From: Thalia democratica
Lineage: Eukaryota
DNA length: 64,000 bases
Reading direction: 5' to 3'
Assembly: GCA_965202585.1 (NCBI GenBank)
Contig: OZ241833.1
Coordinates: 35,030,001 to 35,094,000, forward strand
This document shows positions 1 to 12,039 of this stretch, in pieces; position 1 is the first letter of the stretch; each line of letters begins with the position of its first letter. The notes under the pieces were generated by a model, which saw only the letters and a program-made list of their open reading frames with translations, was not told the DNA's origin and made no database searches. Made by a program: the position numbers and the translations under genes.

Positions 1-353
1 AACATCCCAAAAATAAAACAGCATTTAGTATGCACATTAAACAGATTCAGTATTATCAAATTATTCAAGTTTTCAGACTAAAAAAATTATTTGTTTAAAA
101 CTAGTTAAACAACTTATAGTTTTTAATTTAACATAAACAAAACTTTGAAAAAAAAAACCATAAATACTAAGTGTTTTTTACAAAATTTAGCGCTAAATAC
201 ATAATAAAAAGTTAGAGTAAATCTTTAACAATACTTGAAGCGTATGAGTATTAAGTATTTTAATAAAAGCAAATTATTCTACAAAACTTTGGCACATGAA
301 GCCGTGCTTTAACACTTTCTGTTAGATTGAAAAAAACTGTTTTTTTTTTTCAG

Positions 354-1500
354 ATTTGCCAATGGAGAATGGCACTGCATATGGGGACACGACCAACTGC
401 AAAGCTAAAATGGTCTTGCACAGTTTTCACACCAAGCGTAACAAGACTAAAAAAATAATTGAATACGTCAGAGTCATGTTCACCATAGGTAAGTACTAAC
501 TTTGTAATTTTTAAACATTTAAGAGATGATATATATCTAGGAAGTTCTAAAATGTTAAAAAGTTCAATTAAAGTAAGTAAAATAGTTATAAACAATTTTA
601 AACCGTTAGGTTACTACGAAAAACATAGACAACAATGTAGTATTTAAGCAAACAAATATTATTCTCTTGTCTATCAAAGTTTTAACAAAACATTTTTGCC
701 GTTACAGACGCCTTCGACGCAGACACGATGGCGACGAGCGACAACCTGGACAGCATTCAGTTGAGTCTGACCTCCTTCAGCGACTCGACGAGCGCAGACT
801 ACGTTGTTCACTTGCCGAAAAATATGAACAGAAACAAAAGGGTATGTTAGTTTTGCAGCGTTAAACGGTGGTGCTTGTTTATGAGACACATGTTTAGGAC
901 TTTCTAAAAAAAATTTTAACCGCATTACTACACTAGAGATGATTTTGTTAGAGTTGTTTGCTATTTTAGTTTGGTATCAAAATATTAATTTTAATCCGAA
1001 AAAGCTTTATGTTAACATCTCTTTTATTGTCAAGGTAAAATTACAAGTACACTTGTGAAGTTAATTTTTACAAAACATAACAACTTGTACTTACAAAAAC
1101 TAACTGAGCCAAAGAAAAAGAGCTTGTAAACATAAACTAACAATATAATAACTATTTATTTTAAGAAAAAAAAATTAACAATAGTTAAGTTTAAAAAAAA
1201 GTTTAAAAATTTTAACAAAATTGAAAATCATCACCAACTTGTGCACGGCCTAAAAACTAATTTTCACTCGAGTAAATAAAACAACGTCTGTTCACAAGTA
1301 TGATGTAAACTTAAAAATAATTTCTCCACCAGAACACCTTCGTGGTTAACGTCAACCCGTTGGGGGATCCCGCGTACGAAACCGACCCCGGGATGACGCT
1401 GAGCTCGTGGATGATCCAGTACTACATCCACGTGCAGCCCATGCCCTTCCTCTACCAGCAAAGGGGTTGCGAGATGCACTTGAACACTTGGAAGGAGTGA
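354..1500 (+). CDS. 5'-truncated spliced gene (exons 354-488, 708-841, 1333-1500); paralog of the secreted-protein gene at 5120-7800; function unknown
   Basis: Canonical cag|..G|gtaagt, tacag|..AGG|gtatgt and ccag| junctions are phase-compatible. Spliced product DLPMENGTAYGD...DAFDADTM...VNPLGDPAYETDP...CEMHLNTWKE*(TGA) has no internal stop. Third-position changes versus the paralog (GCC/GCT, ACG/ACA, CCG/CCC, GCG/GCA) confirm the frame. The first exon appears to lie outside the window. Confidence 0.85.
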
Positions 1501-2454
1501 CAACATGTTTGCTGAACGCTAATTTTTCTTTTTTATATAATTTTTTTCGTACTACTAGCTGGAATGTTAATAAAATGTATAGAATAACTGTTTTCTCATG
1601 ATGTTAGTTGTTCTAATTCTTTTGTATATATACAGGTGGTACTTTTTTTGCTTTTGTGTATAATATGATTTAGTTCTAAAATGTCACTAAAGCCATCTAA
1701 TTAAATTTAGCAGCCCTCGATACGTTTCAAAATTCTTACTTTTATTTCCGCTAAAAGCTTACAGTCTGGTTTTTAACTCAATAATTAGTTATTCCTGTTG
1801 CTTAGTGTTCGCAATTTCAGCTACATACTTAATTTTAATTAGTCTTTTTTTTTTGTTAGTTACTACAGTTTTTATTACTCTGCGGTCAACGAGCAAGATT
1901 AAAAAACAAACTAACATGTTACTTATAAAAGGATGTAGGCCTTTGTTTTAAATACTGCTTGCCTTTTTTGTTTTTGTTAGCAAACTTCTAAAACAAAACT
2001 ATTTGTTTTATAAACTCCTTCACTGTATAAATAGTAGTACCGTCATACTAAAAATATTCTACATAAACATTTAGTTGTTTAAAAAGTATGCAAACTTTTT
2101 TTTACTATTACGCCCTAAAATTAGAACAAAAAATGAAAAAACTGACTAAAGAAAACATCTTAGAAAAAAATACATCTATATAAACATAACTAAACTAATT
2201 ATGCTTTAGGAATGGAAACTATTAGGTCAATAAATTTTAAATTAAATGCTTAGAATATTTTAATAGTTCTAGATTCATAAATATATGTTAGATGTCTTTA
2301 TTATTATATAGCAAAAAATATGTATTTAGTACTATCATTACCAGCTTTAAAATCTACAAGCAAAGCCAGTAAGAGTTTTTGTTTTAATATGATTATAAAA
2401 ACTTTTGAAAAAAAAGTAAAACATATTTGTATAAAACATTAACTATTCAATAAA

Positions 2455-2790
2455 AGGATTTTGATAATTTGCGATACTTGTTATGTACAAAATGTTGATG
2501 CAAAGTTTGGCTTGTTAAGAAAAGGACTCTGTGTAGTCAATATACTGATAGTAAAATGATACACTTCTTACCAGAACAGCATTTAGTAGTTCGTCGTGGA
2601 CTTTATGAGGCATTCAGGTATTGAACTATTTTAGAAAAACTTACTTGAAAATAAAAACAGAGGCTAGATGTCCTAGACTTTATGACAAATATATCACTTG
2701 AGTAAAAAGATTTGCCTTATTGTATCCGTTGAACAATGCTGAACGAACCCAGTGCTTAAAATGTAAAACAAAAACTACTTGAATAAGATA
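2455..2790 (+). pseudogene. Degenerate coding-like remnant with CxxC motifs, unidentified
   Basis: Stop-interrupted frames read RYLLCTKC*CKVWLVKKRTLCSQYTDSKMIHFLPEQHLVVRRGLYEAF and later QCLKCKTK. No family recognised. Confidence 0.2.
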
Positions 2791-3351
2791 AATAAATACT
2801 GACTTTGTCAGTTCTGAGTCAACGTAAATGTATTGAACTTGTTATATTATGACACTTTGCTAAATTTCCCAAAAAAACTAGTTGTAATTAGTTAAAAAAT
2901 AAGTTTAATGAAAGAACACCTGCACTCACTACAAACACTATTTATACAAAAAACGCACTATATTAATTTAGACTTTATAAGTATTATAAATTAAACTATA
3001 ATCTTTTATTTATTACAAGATGCTGATAGTACTAATAGAAAATAACTGAATATGAATGAAAATAAACACGGAACATACGAAACTAAAACAAATAATCCAA
3101 ATAGTTAACTACTATTAAACTAAATTTTAAAAAATCTGTAACTGTAAGTTCATAAAAGATCTTTAAAACGGTTGAATAGTATAAATGCCTAGTTTAATAT
3201 TGTATAGCATAGTTTTCCAAACTAATTTTTTCTAATCGTACCTTTGTTAATATTTAAAAAAAATCTCCCTTCTTTATACGACGTAGCCCATTTACTGGTT
3301 AGTAACCTAAATACTCTTTTGCTGCTTCTCTACATATTACCTCCTGATATC

Positions 3352-3398
3352 AAAAATTTGCCCCAAAGGGCAATATCGCTCACTTTGGGTAATCCCTG
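3352..3398. mobile_element. Isolated right-terminus remnant of the CAGGGTTTCCCAAA hAT family
   Basis: gggcaatatcgctcactttgggtaatccctg matches the terminus ggggcgatatcgcccactttgggaaaccctg ending at 25527. Confidence 0.6.
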
Positions 3399-3650
3399 TT
3401 TTAAGCACTTAATTTCGTGATAATAACTTGATAATTATATAATTTGAGCAAAATTAACTTATTTTTTTTGTGTTAATATTACCTTGGGGCAGGGTTTGGC
3501 AGGCATATAGTGGTTGCAGGCCAAATTTAGAATAATATAATTAACAAAAATGTTCTTGGCCTGCACTTGTGGTTTTAGTTAAACACCTAATGTCCTTTAA
3601 ACTGTTTCAAATACATTTTTTGCTCCTAACTTATTTCTTTATCTTATCTC

Positions 3651-4153
3651 AAAATATAAATTAACGATGGTTTAAAAAGTTTACTTGATACACAAGTCAA
3701 TTGTTTTTACTAGTGATTTTTTCCCCTGCATCAGTAGATACAAAAAATAAATTAACAATGGTTTAAAAATCTACCAGTTTATTGCAACATTTTGTAGCGA
3801 TTTGCGAATTATTTATAAATCTTGAAGATGATCCAGACTATAAATCTCCAGAAAAGACACATGTCAAAAGAAATTGCACATTATACTAAACTAAAAGAAC
3901 TAAACACATTCTTGCAACGAACTCTTAAAACAAATTTATTTTTATGTTGCATGAATGTGTTTAGTTCTACTAGTTTTAAAGTTCACTGATGAAGGACGGT
4001 TGTCCGAAATTAATTTGAACAAAATGTTGCAATAAACTGGTAGATTTTTAAACCATCGTTAATTTATTTTTTGTATCTACTGATGCAGGGGAAAAATCAC
4101 TAGTAAAAACAATTGACTTGTGTCCTGGACCGATTTGCGAATTATTTATAAAT
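3651..4153 (+). mobile_element. Penelope-pLTR-like or retrozyme-like insertion with hammerhead ribozyme, 5' inversion and 14-bp TSD
   Basis: Direct repeat ctttatcttatctc at 3637-3650 and 4154-4167. 3690-3795 is the reverse complement of 4019-4123 (2 differences). gatttgcgaattatttataaatctt recurs near 3800 and 4132 (monomer ~333 nt). Hammerhead at 3981-4020. Confidence 0.75.
3981..4020 (+). ncRNA. Minimal type I hammerhead ribozyme
   Basis: GTTCA-CTGATGA-A-GGAC-ggtt-GTCC-GAAA-TTAATT-TGAAC. Stem I is GTTCA/TGAAC, the core is CUGAUGA...GAAA, stem II is GGAC/GTCC, the reduced stem III lies in palindrome AATTAATT, and the NUH triplet AUU predicts cleavage after 4015. Confidence 0.8.
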
Positions 4154-4204
4154 CTTTATCTTATCTCTTAACTATTTTATTTAAGTTTAAAAAAGCCCAT
4201 AATT

Positions 4205-4320
4205 AAGAAAATCAGACGCAGAGAAAGCATTTACAAAAAAGAAAGTCGATTTTTAAAGGAATCTTTAATTTCTTAGCTTCATAAAACTCAAAGTTATCAT
4301 TCTTGTTGTGTTATCCTAGT
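4205..4320 (+). pseudogene. Decayed copy of the exon at 15835-15996
   Basis: Reads SDAEKAFTKKKVDF*RNL*FLSFIKLKVIILVV, aligning with ADAEKGLSRNEFVFEGKLKVLNSMRLKVFILFI; shares nucleotide strings cagacgcagagaa and tatcctagtta. Confidence 0.5.
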
Positions 4321-5119
4321 TAAAACTTAAATATTTATATGAGTAGATATTAGGTAGTTTATAAATGAAAATAAAAAGTTTTTTGTTAAGAAAAACTGAT
4401 ATTCAACTAATTTAGTCTTTTCAAGCAATCATAGATGTTAAAATGAATGCAACAGATAAGTATATATAATAGCTAGATAAAGTTAAACTATAAAAGTAAT
4501 TTAGTACAACATAAAAGCTATCCTACATTGCGAGTTTTTAATAAAAAGTGTTTTAAAAAGTAAGTAAGCATTTTTACGTAAATTTATAGCAGTCAACAGT
4601 TAAAAATGGTTTTATAGCGTCATTTAAATAAATGATATTGTCATACTTTTGACTTCAACAAACATCATATTGTTTAAATTTTCAATTTCATTAACCTTTA
4701 AAAAGAAACTTTTTCTAATGCTATGAAAAATCAATACGTTACTCAAGAAAGTATTAAGATATCATTAGGCTAATTTTCAGATTTTGATCATGTTATACAA
4801 AAAATCAACTATTTCTATTTATATAAAAAGTAAAGTTAAACCAAGTGACATTATAAACATTATTGTACATACTTTATTAATTTTACAGTAATAAAGAAAA
4901 AGAAATGGTGAAAAAGGAAAAGCTGCAATCGGTCAATTCACATCACCAGACGTTTGACTATACACGCTTACTCATCACTCCGAAAGTTACAAAAAAAAAA
5001 CAATTGACATTATAAAAAAACATCAATTTTATATATTTATCAACATTCTGGCTTGTAGCTTAAAAAAATTGAAAAAAGGAACAACTGGGGTCGACTAGAA
5101 GCTCGTTAATTCACAGCAG

Positions 5120-7800
5120 CTAAGGTTCGACCTTCATCACTGCGTATTTGTTGTCCTTCCAAGCGTTAAGGTTCGTCTCGCATTTTCTCGGAGCGTCCTC
5201 GTTGTTGACAACGGGGTAAGACTGTAGGAGTATCAAGTAGTCGGTGTTGAGCCGGCTCAGCTTCTTTTCGGGGTCGGGTTCGTATGCAGGACCCCCCATG
5301 GGGTTGACCGTCACCGCGAACCTGTTCTGGTGTGATTTTTTTTTTAGTTTACATCATACTTGTGAACAGGCGTTGTTTTGTTTACTAGAGCGTGAAATTG
5401 TTAAGTTAAAACGAACAAAATGTTATACGCTTCAGTGCTAAAACGGCATGAGTCTTATTGAATTTTCTTTGTGTTTCCCCTAATATTTGCTGAGTCATAA
5501 AAAAATACTTTGTTTTGTGTAACTTGAAATTTTCATCATTTAAGCTATATTTTTGATTAATGTGTTTGGGTAAGGTGGGTTAGGGATAAGAGATAAATAA
5601 AGAATTAAAAAAAAATCTTTAAAAAATTGCTGATTTAGCAAATGATAGGGAAACACCGAAAAGTTTTAATAGGACCCAAATGGCATAACAACTGTTAGCA
5701 TTTTGACAACTCTGGTTTTAAGTTTACACACAAGTTGATACTTAAGTGTTTAATTAAGTAAATTTTAAAATTTTTTGTTAAAGGTGAGAAACTTTGAATT
5801 TTTAACTTTTGCTTTATAATATCTTTTTCATTGGCTTGTTAAATTATTAGTTTTATAAATATTTCTTATAAAAGTTTTTTTTTAACGTGCGCATCCTATA
5901 CCATGACAATCAAAGTATTGCACCCATAATATTTTTCCAAATGAAAAAAAGCTTAGGTTATTTTGGTAACAAACTAAATTAAACAAGAACAAAGCCATCT
6001 TAAAAACATTTACGGATATTTTTTTTAAACTGCTAAAGTTTTATTAAAAAAGACCGTCACACGACCACAGGCAACCTTTTAGTTTCTGCAGTTGTTTTTC
6101 ATGTTTTTCGGCAGGTAAATGTTGTAGTCGGCGCTACAAGGCTGGCCGAAGGAGATCAAGCTCATGACGACTCCGTCCAAACTGTCGCTCGTCGACATTG
6201 TATTTGCGTCGAAAGCGTCTGTTAATTACAAAAATTAATTAAAAGAACAGATTGTTGTTACTGATTTAAGGTCGACTGCAGCAGTAAGGTTTTAGCTTTT
6301 ATTTGCTCATAATATCATACGAACTAAATAAGGTAATAATACAGCGAGCGTTAACAGCATCGAAACCCCTCTCCTGACGAGTTTTATCGAAAATTTTCAG
6401 TTTGCACCCTTAATCCTAACCGACCTTAGCAAAATATTAATCAAATATGTTGAACAAATAAATTTTAATTAAATATACAAATGATGACACCTTATTTTTC
6501 GCTGTTCAGAAGCAGCTAGAATCTGCAGCTGACAGAGTGTTCTTCGAAATAAGTTAGGCGTTTAGGTTATAGTTTGTGTTTGCAATTTTATTGTTTTAAG
6601 AAACACGATTACACGGTTTCGCCGCAAAGCGGATTTTCAAACTTTAAATCTGTAATAAAATAATAACAGTAAAAAATACGAATAATATAAAACTTATGCG
6701 ATTAAGTTATTTGTTGAGAAAATTAAAATTGAAAAAAAAATATCAAAAAAGTTTTAATGCTATAAAACCTTTAAAAAAGTTAAACTTTAGGCTATAAACA
6801 GGTAAAGACAAATAATTGAGCTATAGTATGTAGTACGGGATTGAAATTAAGTTGACTTAAATATTATAAATTTAAAAATTGAACTAGTAGAAATTAGTTT
6901 TACATGAAGCACGTTGTTCGTATGGTTAAATATGAAATAATTTTTGTTTGCTCAAAGTGTAGACTTTTAGATTTTCTTATGTAATCTAACCCAATTAAAA
7001 CATTATATTATTACTTTAACAAAACTATTCTGAATTTTTATTGTAAAACTTACTTTTTACTAATTATTTATTAAATATCAATAAGATAACAGTAGTACAC
7101 ATGGTACACAAAAACAGTACGTACCTATGGTGAAAACAACTTTAACATATTCAACTAGTTTGTTAGTCTTGTTGCGCTTAAAGTGGAAATTATGCAAGGC
7201 AATTTTAGTTTTGCATTTTGTTATCGTCCCGTATGCAGTTCCATTCTCCATTGGCAAATCTAAAATTATTTTTGTAAACTACTTAATAGGGAACTTTAAA
7301 GTATGGCTTTAGGTGCTGTAGTGTTAGCAAAGAAATACTAACAAGCTTCGGATAGCTTAAAATTTTAATTTTACTTTATTTTGCTAGCTGTTTGTTTTAT
7401 TTAGCAAGTTTAAATCTTCTTATTGTTTTACTAACATATAAAAAAAAATTAAGCTAAGTATATGTTTTATATATTGCGCATATTGAACATTTTTTTAATG
7501 AAACTATACAAAAATTTAAGAAGCATTGTCTCGTTGCACAAAAAAAAACATTGACTAAACAAATAAAAAAATATGAACAAACTTCTAAATACAAGAAACT
7601 TCTGACAGTTTTTCTTAACAAGCAACTAACCCCTGTCGTTGTCAACTTGTTCCTTTTTCGCATAGCAGGTACCATCATCAACTGGCTTGTATCTTCTGTG
7701 GGCTCCTTCGGTGAAACGCTCCATGCATTTTATCCGCTTACCTTCTGATAAAATGCCAGTCAGTAAGACCGCAAGGCTCAAAAAAAACAAACAATTTCAT
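5120..7800 (-). CDS. Secreted protein of ~215 aa (exons 7800-7631, 7259-7125, 6218-6076, 5326-5120); apparently disrupted in this assembly; function unknown
   Basis: The signal peptide MKLFVFLSLAVLLTGILSEG appears if one T is removed from the T8 run near 7780. Exons 2-4 align with the gene at 354-1500 with the same phases. An in-frame TAA at 6079-6081 indicates a pseudogene, an assembly error or a different true frame. Confidence 0.75.
5471..5658. mobile_element. ~185-bp MITE with ~28-bp TIRs (GTGTTTCCCCTAATATTTGCT...)
   Basis: Starts gtgtttcccctaatatttgctgagtca and ends tgctgatttagcaaatgatagggaaacac. Internal ggtaaggtgggttagggataag is shared, inverted, with 15470-15653. Confidence 0.7.
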
Positions 7801-9120
7801 TGTGAAATAAACCTCTGAAGATAATTAAAACATAAAAGTTGTTATTTAATGGAACTTTGAGTTTTATGAGTTAGTTTACTATTTATATAGTTTAAACTGG
7901 TGTTAGAGACATCGTGATAATGATCTTCTTATTTTTTTTAGAGTTAATATATTAATATATATTTAAAACATGTTAACCATCTTGTTAATTATAGTTTAAT
8001 GAGAATAACATTTTTTGAAACAAAATTAAACACTTAGAACAAAATCATTATACATCGTAAGTTTTATTAACTTTCAGCAAAAAATTTATCAGTTACAATT
8101 TTTTTCGCTATATATACACAAAAACTATTATTTTTCTATTAAAGTCATTAACCTTTAGAACATTATAATCATTATTTTATAGACAATGACCTTTTTAGCC
8201 TGCTTGTTTGTTATTGTTGTTATAAATGATAATAGTTGTACATAATACAAGTTTTCTAGCTTTTTGAAAAATTTGCAATAGTAGTAAAAAATTTGTTATT
8301 TATTTTTGTGGATAAAAACAAAATTATGATTTTTATTGTTACTACTGTTAACTTTTTTGTTCTTTTAATTAAAAATTAATCAATCATTGCACAAAAAAAT
8401 GATTTTGCATTACTTGAATGAAACATGTTAAACTTTGTTTTAAAAATACCTGAATATTACATGTTTAAACTACAAAACTTATTTTAACATCAGATTAAGC
8501 TTTGTTTTATATAAAATATCAACAAACGATAAGCTTGTTACATATAAAAAACTGAAAGTAAAATTTAATTTGCGTAAAGGAAAAAAAAACTTAGGTATCT
8601 AAGTAAATATTTGCATTATTTTCTTACAAATAAAAATATCTACATTAGTTGATTTGTTGTGGCGTTGTAGCTATTATCAAGCATATCAAATAGTAAATTC
8701 TTCAGTTTAAATTTTTAAACCTATAAAATATTTTGTTTTGAAAAAGTTTATAACGACTATATATTTTTTGGAAACTTAAAACTTTCTTTTAATTTTTAAG
8801 TCGTACATATTATCGATAGACCTTTCAACATGGTTATTTACAAGTAGCTCAATATAGTTACTAACTTATTTTTAAGTTATGAGTAAAACACACTTTGAAT
8901 AAATGCAATCTACTTTATTTTCAATAATAATTCTTAGTTCTGAAAAAAAAAAAATTAAATCACGACACATATAAAATTTATAAAAAGTATTAACAATCGT
9001 AAATTTATGTAAATACTAACATCAACTACGCGATGTAGACGTTTTCTTGATTATCGAAACTAGAAAATAAAACGTTGATTTTAGTCGTAACTTGTGCGGA
9101 ATGACTAATTCACAAACTAA

Positions 9121-9592
9121 GAAACTAACGCGTATTTGAAAGACAAACTCAAATATATACGCATTGAAATGAAATTAGCTCCTTAAAATAAAAAATGTTT
9201 GTTTTTAATACTGGAAGCAAGTCACGAAAACTGCGTAAAACAGTTTACAACATCCGCTTTAAAAAAAGAAAATGAAATGTTAATATCATTACAACCTGAT
9301 TTTAGATTTTAAGTTAAAAAAAAGTGTTATATTCAAAATCCTTCTCATATTTATCTCGACCAGGGTTTAACAAAGTGAGTGATTTTCTCCTTTGCGGGCA
9401 GTTTTTTCTATATAAGAACAAAAAAAAACTAAGCATTTAAAAAGTATAAAGACGATATTTAATAAGATGAGCGAGATTTTTTACACTGTTGCCAAGTAGG
9501 CAATCATGAAAATGAGTTTGTGAAACCTTGGACCAGAAACAGTTTTCCATAAATTTAAAATTTTAAAGTACTTAAATATATTGTATCATAAT
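9121..9592 (+). pseudogene. AT-rich two-exon coding-like region interrupted by TAA codons
   Basis: 9121-9374 reads 84 codons with two TAA and ends at a gtgagt donor. A putative second exon from 9417 continues in phase with further TAAs. No family recognised. Confidence 0.25.
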
Positions 9593-10779
9593 GAACTAAC
9601 TATTAATAAACCTAACACTTTTAAAACCTTTAATCTTGTCACGTATTTGATTTGAAATGATTTTCTGTATTTATAAAGCATGCAGTTTTTGAATTAATTA
9701 TTTATTAGATACACTTGCGTTGATACAATTTTCTTTGATGAATAAAAGTCTAAATGTTTTTATTATGTAAACATTCAATTAAAAATACAGTGTTTTATAG
9801 TTACTTTTCGCGAGAATAGCTTTTCTGTGGATAATGTACTAATTACCGTAAACTTGTTTACATTCATTAGCTCTCTCCATCTTGTAAACAATTAAAAATG
9901 TAAAGTTTTGTACTATAAAAATAATAAAGTTATTTAAGTATCGGTAAACTATATGATAGCACTCAAGTTGTATTCAATACTCATATTTCAAAAAATCATT
10001 GTTATTTTTATTTAGAAACGTTGTTTTATATAGATAAAATGTATAGTAAGCCGTTGCGTTAAAATGATCAGAATGAAATTTTAAAGATTAAAGTACGTTT
10101 TTAAATGAATTATTTTATTAATTCCGGGAAAAATTGATAAATATTTGCATAATCTTTTGCAAAAAAAAATAATCAAAAAATAAAAAATACTCGTGGTCTT
10201 TTTTGTTTAGGGGTGCTGCAGATTGACATTGTCAAACTATTAAATACCCTAGTTTAAAACATTTAGATAATAATCATTAAATTGATATGAAAATTATGGC
10301 TAATTTTTTAAACAAAAACTTAAATTAATCTTAAATATAATACAAAAAAACATACATAAAAAACATATAGCATTACCTAAAATATCATCTCATCACCCTT
10401 TTTTAACAACTATAGCTATTTTTTTTAAATTCAATATCTATGAAAGTTTTTGTATTAGCACAATTATAAATTTACTAACTTAAAAATAACACCTAACTAA
10501 CTTGCAATAAGAAACAACTTTTTAAACAAAAAACAATTTTGTGCAAGTAATCGGATAGAAGATAACGACATTATTAAAGTCAAATTAAACAAAATACTTG
10601 TCAAAAACAACTATAAGTTTTTATATAAATAACATTATAAAAGGTAAATTTTATTTAGATTTGATTTAAAAGTTCTTAAACAACTAACATGTAATAAAAT
10701 ATAATATCGAAAAGTATTAAAAAGGTAAATTTTGTATAAAATATCTAAGTTACTTTAAAAACTTATAAACAATAATAAA

Positions 10780-11230
10780 TAAAGTTATGTCAGACTTAGC
10801 TTTCAATACAGATAGTTAACAAATAAAGCAAAATTTATATAACAGTTCTTTGTTTGCAAACTAAAATAACTAAAAGCAGTAAAATAAGCTTTAAACATTA
10901 ATATTTAATATCGAGAAATATTTGTCTGAAACATCTTGTTTTCACTACAAATTAAAAAAATTAAGTTAAGTCAGAATTAGTTTTGATATTTAAAGTTACC
11001 AAATAAAGCAAAACCTATGTAATAGTTTACTACTTGTAAACTAACAAAATTAAAAATTGTAAAATAACCTATAAGCTTTAATATCAACCATTAAAGTACT
11101 AATTAAAAACATATAATTTTTTTTGAAACGAATAAAAATTATAGTTTAGTAAAAATTGGCATTTAATACACAAAATTAACAAATAAAATAAAATATTTGT
11201 AATAGTTTACTATTTTAAAGTAAAAAAAAA
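10780..11230. repeat. Degenerate ~180-bp tandem repeat, about 3 copies
   Basis: a(a/c)caaataaa(g/a)..aaa..t.t(a/g)taa(c/t)agtt recurs near 10818, 10999 and 11179. Confidence 0.5.
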
Positions 11231-12039
11231 ACAACAAAAACAGTTTGAATAGCTTATTGTATACTTGATCTTAAATATTTTTTTCATTTGAAAAAAAGCA
11301 TGAAACTTGTAAGTTAAAATGCAGGTTGAAATATTAAAATTACCTATCATGTTACTTATTTTTTAACCATTTTATTAACTTTTAACTTTGTTTTTATTTA
11401 GTTGCGTAGGTAAGCTTGTCTGAAAATTTCAATGTATTTGCTTAAAAATGAAATTGGAGATAAATAAAAAGTATTTTTGTTTTGATTGGTCATTTTGTGC
11501 TTCCCTTGCATAATGAAATTTTTGTGCTCTCCAACTTTAAACAGCAATATGTCAAAATTATTTTCCAAAGAGCAGTTAAAAAAAAAACATTAGTTAAAAG
11601 TCTAGAAAGTCAGATCAAGCTGTAAAAACTTATCTAATTAATGCTCTAATATTAATTTAAATGTTCTAGTTAACCCATACAGTAAACTTGAGGTAGTACC
11701 AATTTAAATAAAAAAACAAAAGCTTTAGTTATTTTGATTATATAAATAAATACTTAAAATGAAATTAAGACAACAACAGGTTGTTTATCTAAGGTGTTTA
11801 ACAGCAAAAAAAGACTATTCACTAAAATCCTATCTTTTCCTTTATTTTTTAGCAACTGTTTACAAATTTTTTCAGAAAATATATACGATTTTAGAAATTT
11901 ATTATGAACATACTTTTTAATTTAAGAGTATTTTTTACTTAGTTTTTTTTTTCATAACTTTTGTCATAATCTTTATTCTTAATATTTTCCATTTATGTCA
12001 TGAATTTTTATTTTAAATCAAGCTAAGAACATTTCCTAA

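Noticed and set aside
667-1601. Track ORFs 667-864, 674-925, 1264-1506 and 1407-1601 as genes
   Set aside because: They are alternate-frame or antisense shadows of the GC-rich exons of the spliced gene; paralog third-position changes identify the true frame.
7454-7748. Track ORFs 7454-7681 and 7551-7748
   Set aside because: Wrong-frame or antisense overlaps of exon 1 of the gene at 5120-7800.
354-7800. Recent horizontal transfer to explain GC3-rich exons
   Set aside because: The genes have host-type introns, and the unrelated gene at 37 kb is similarly GC3-rich, so codon bias suffices.
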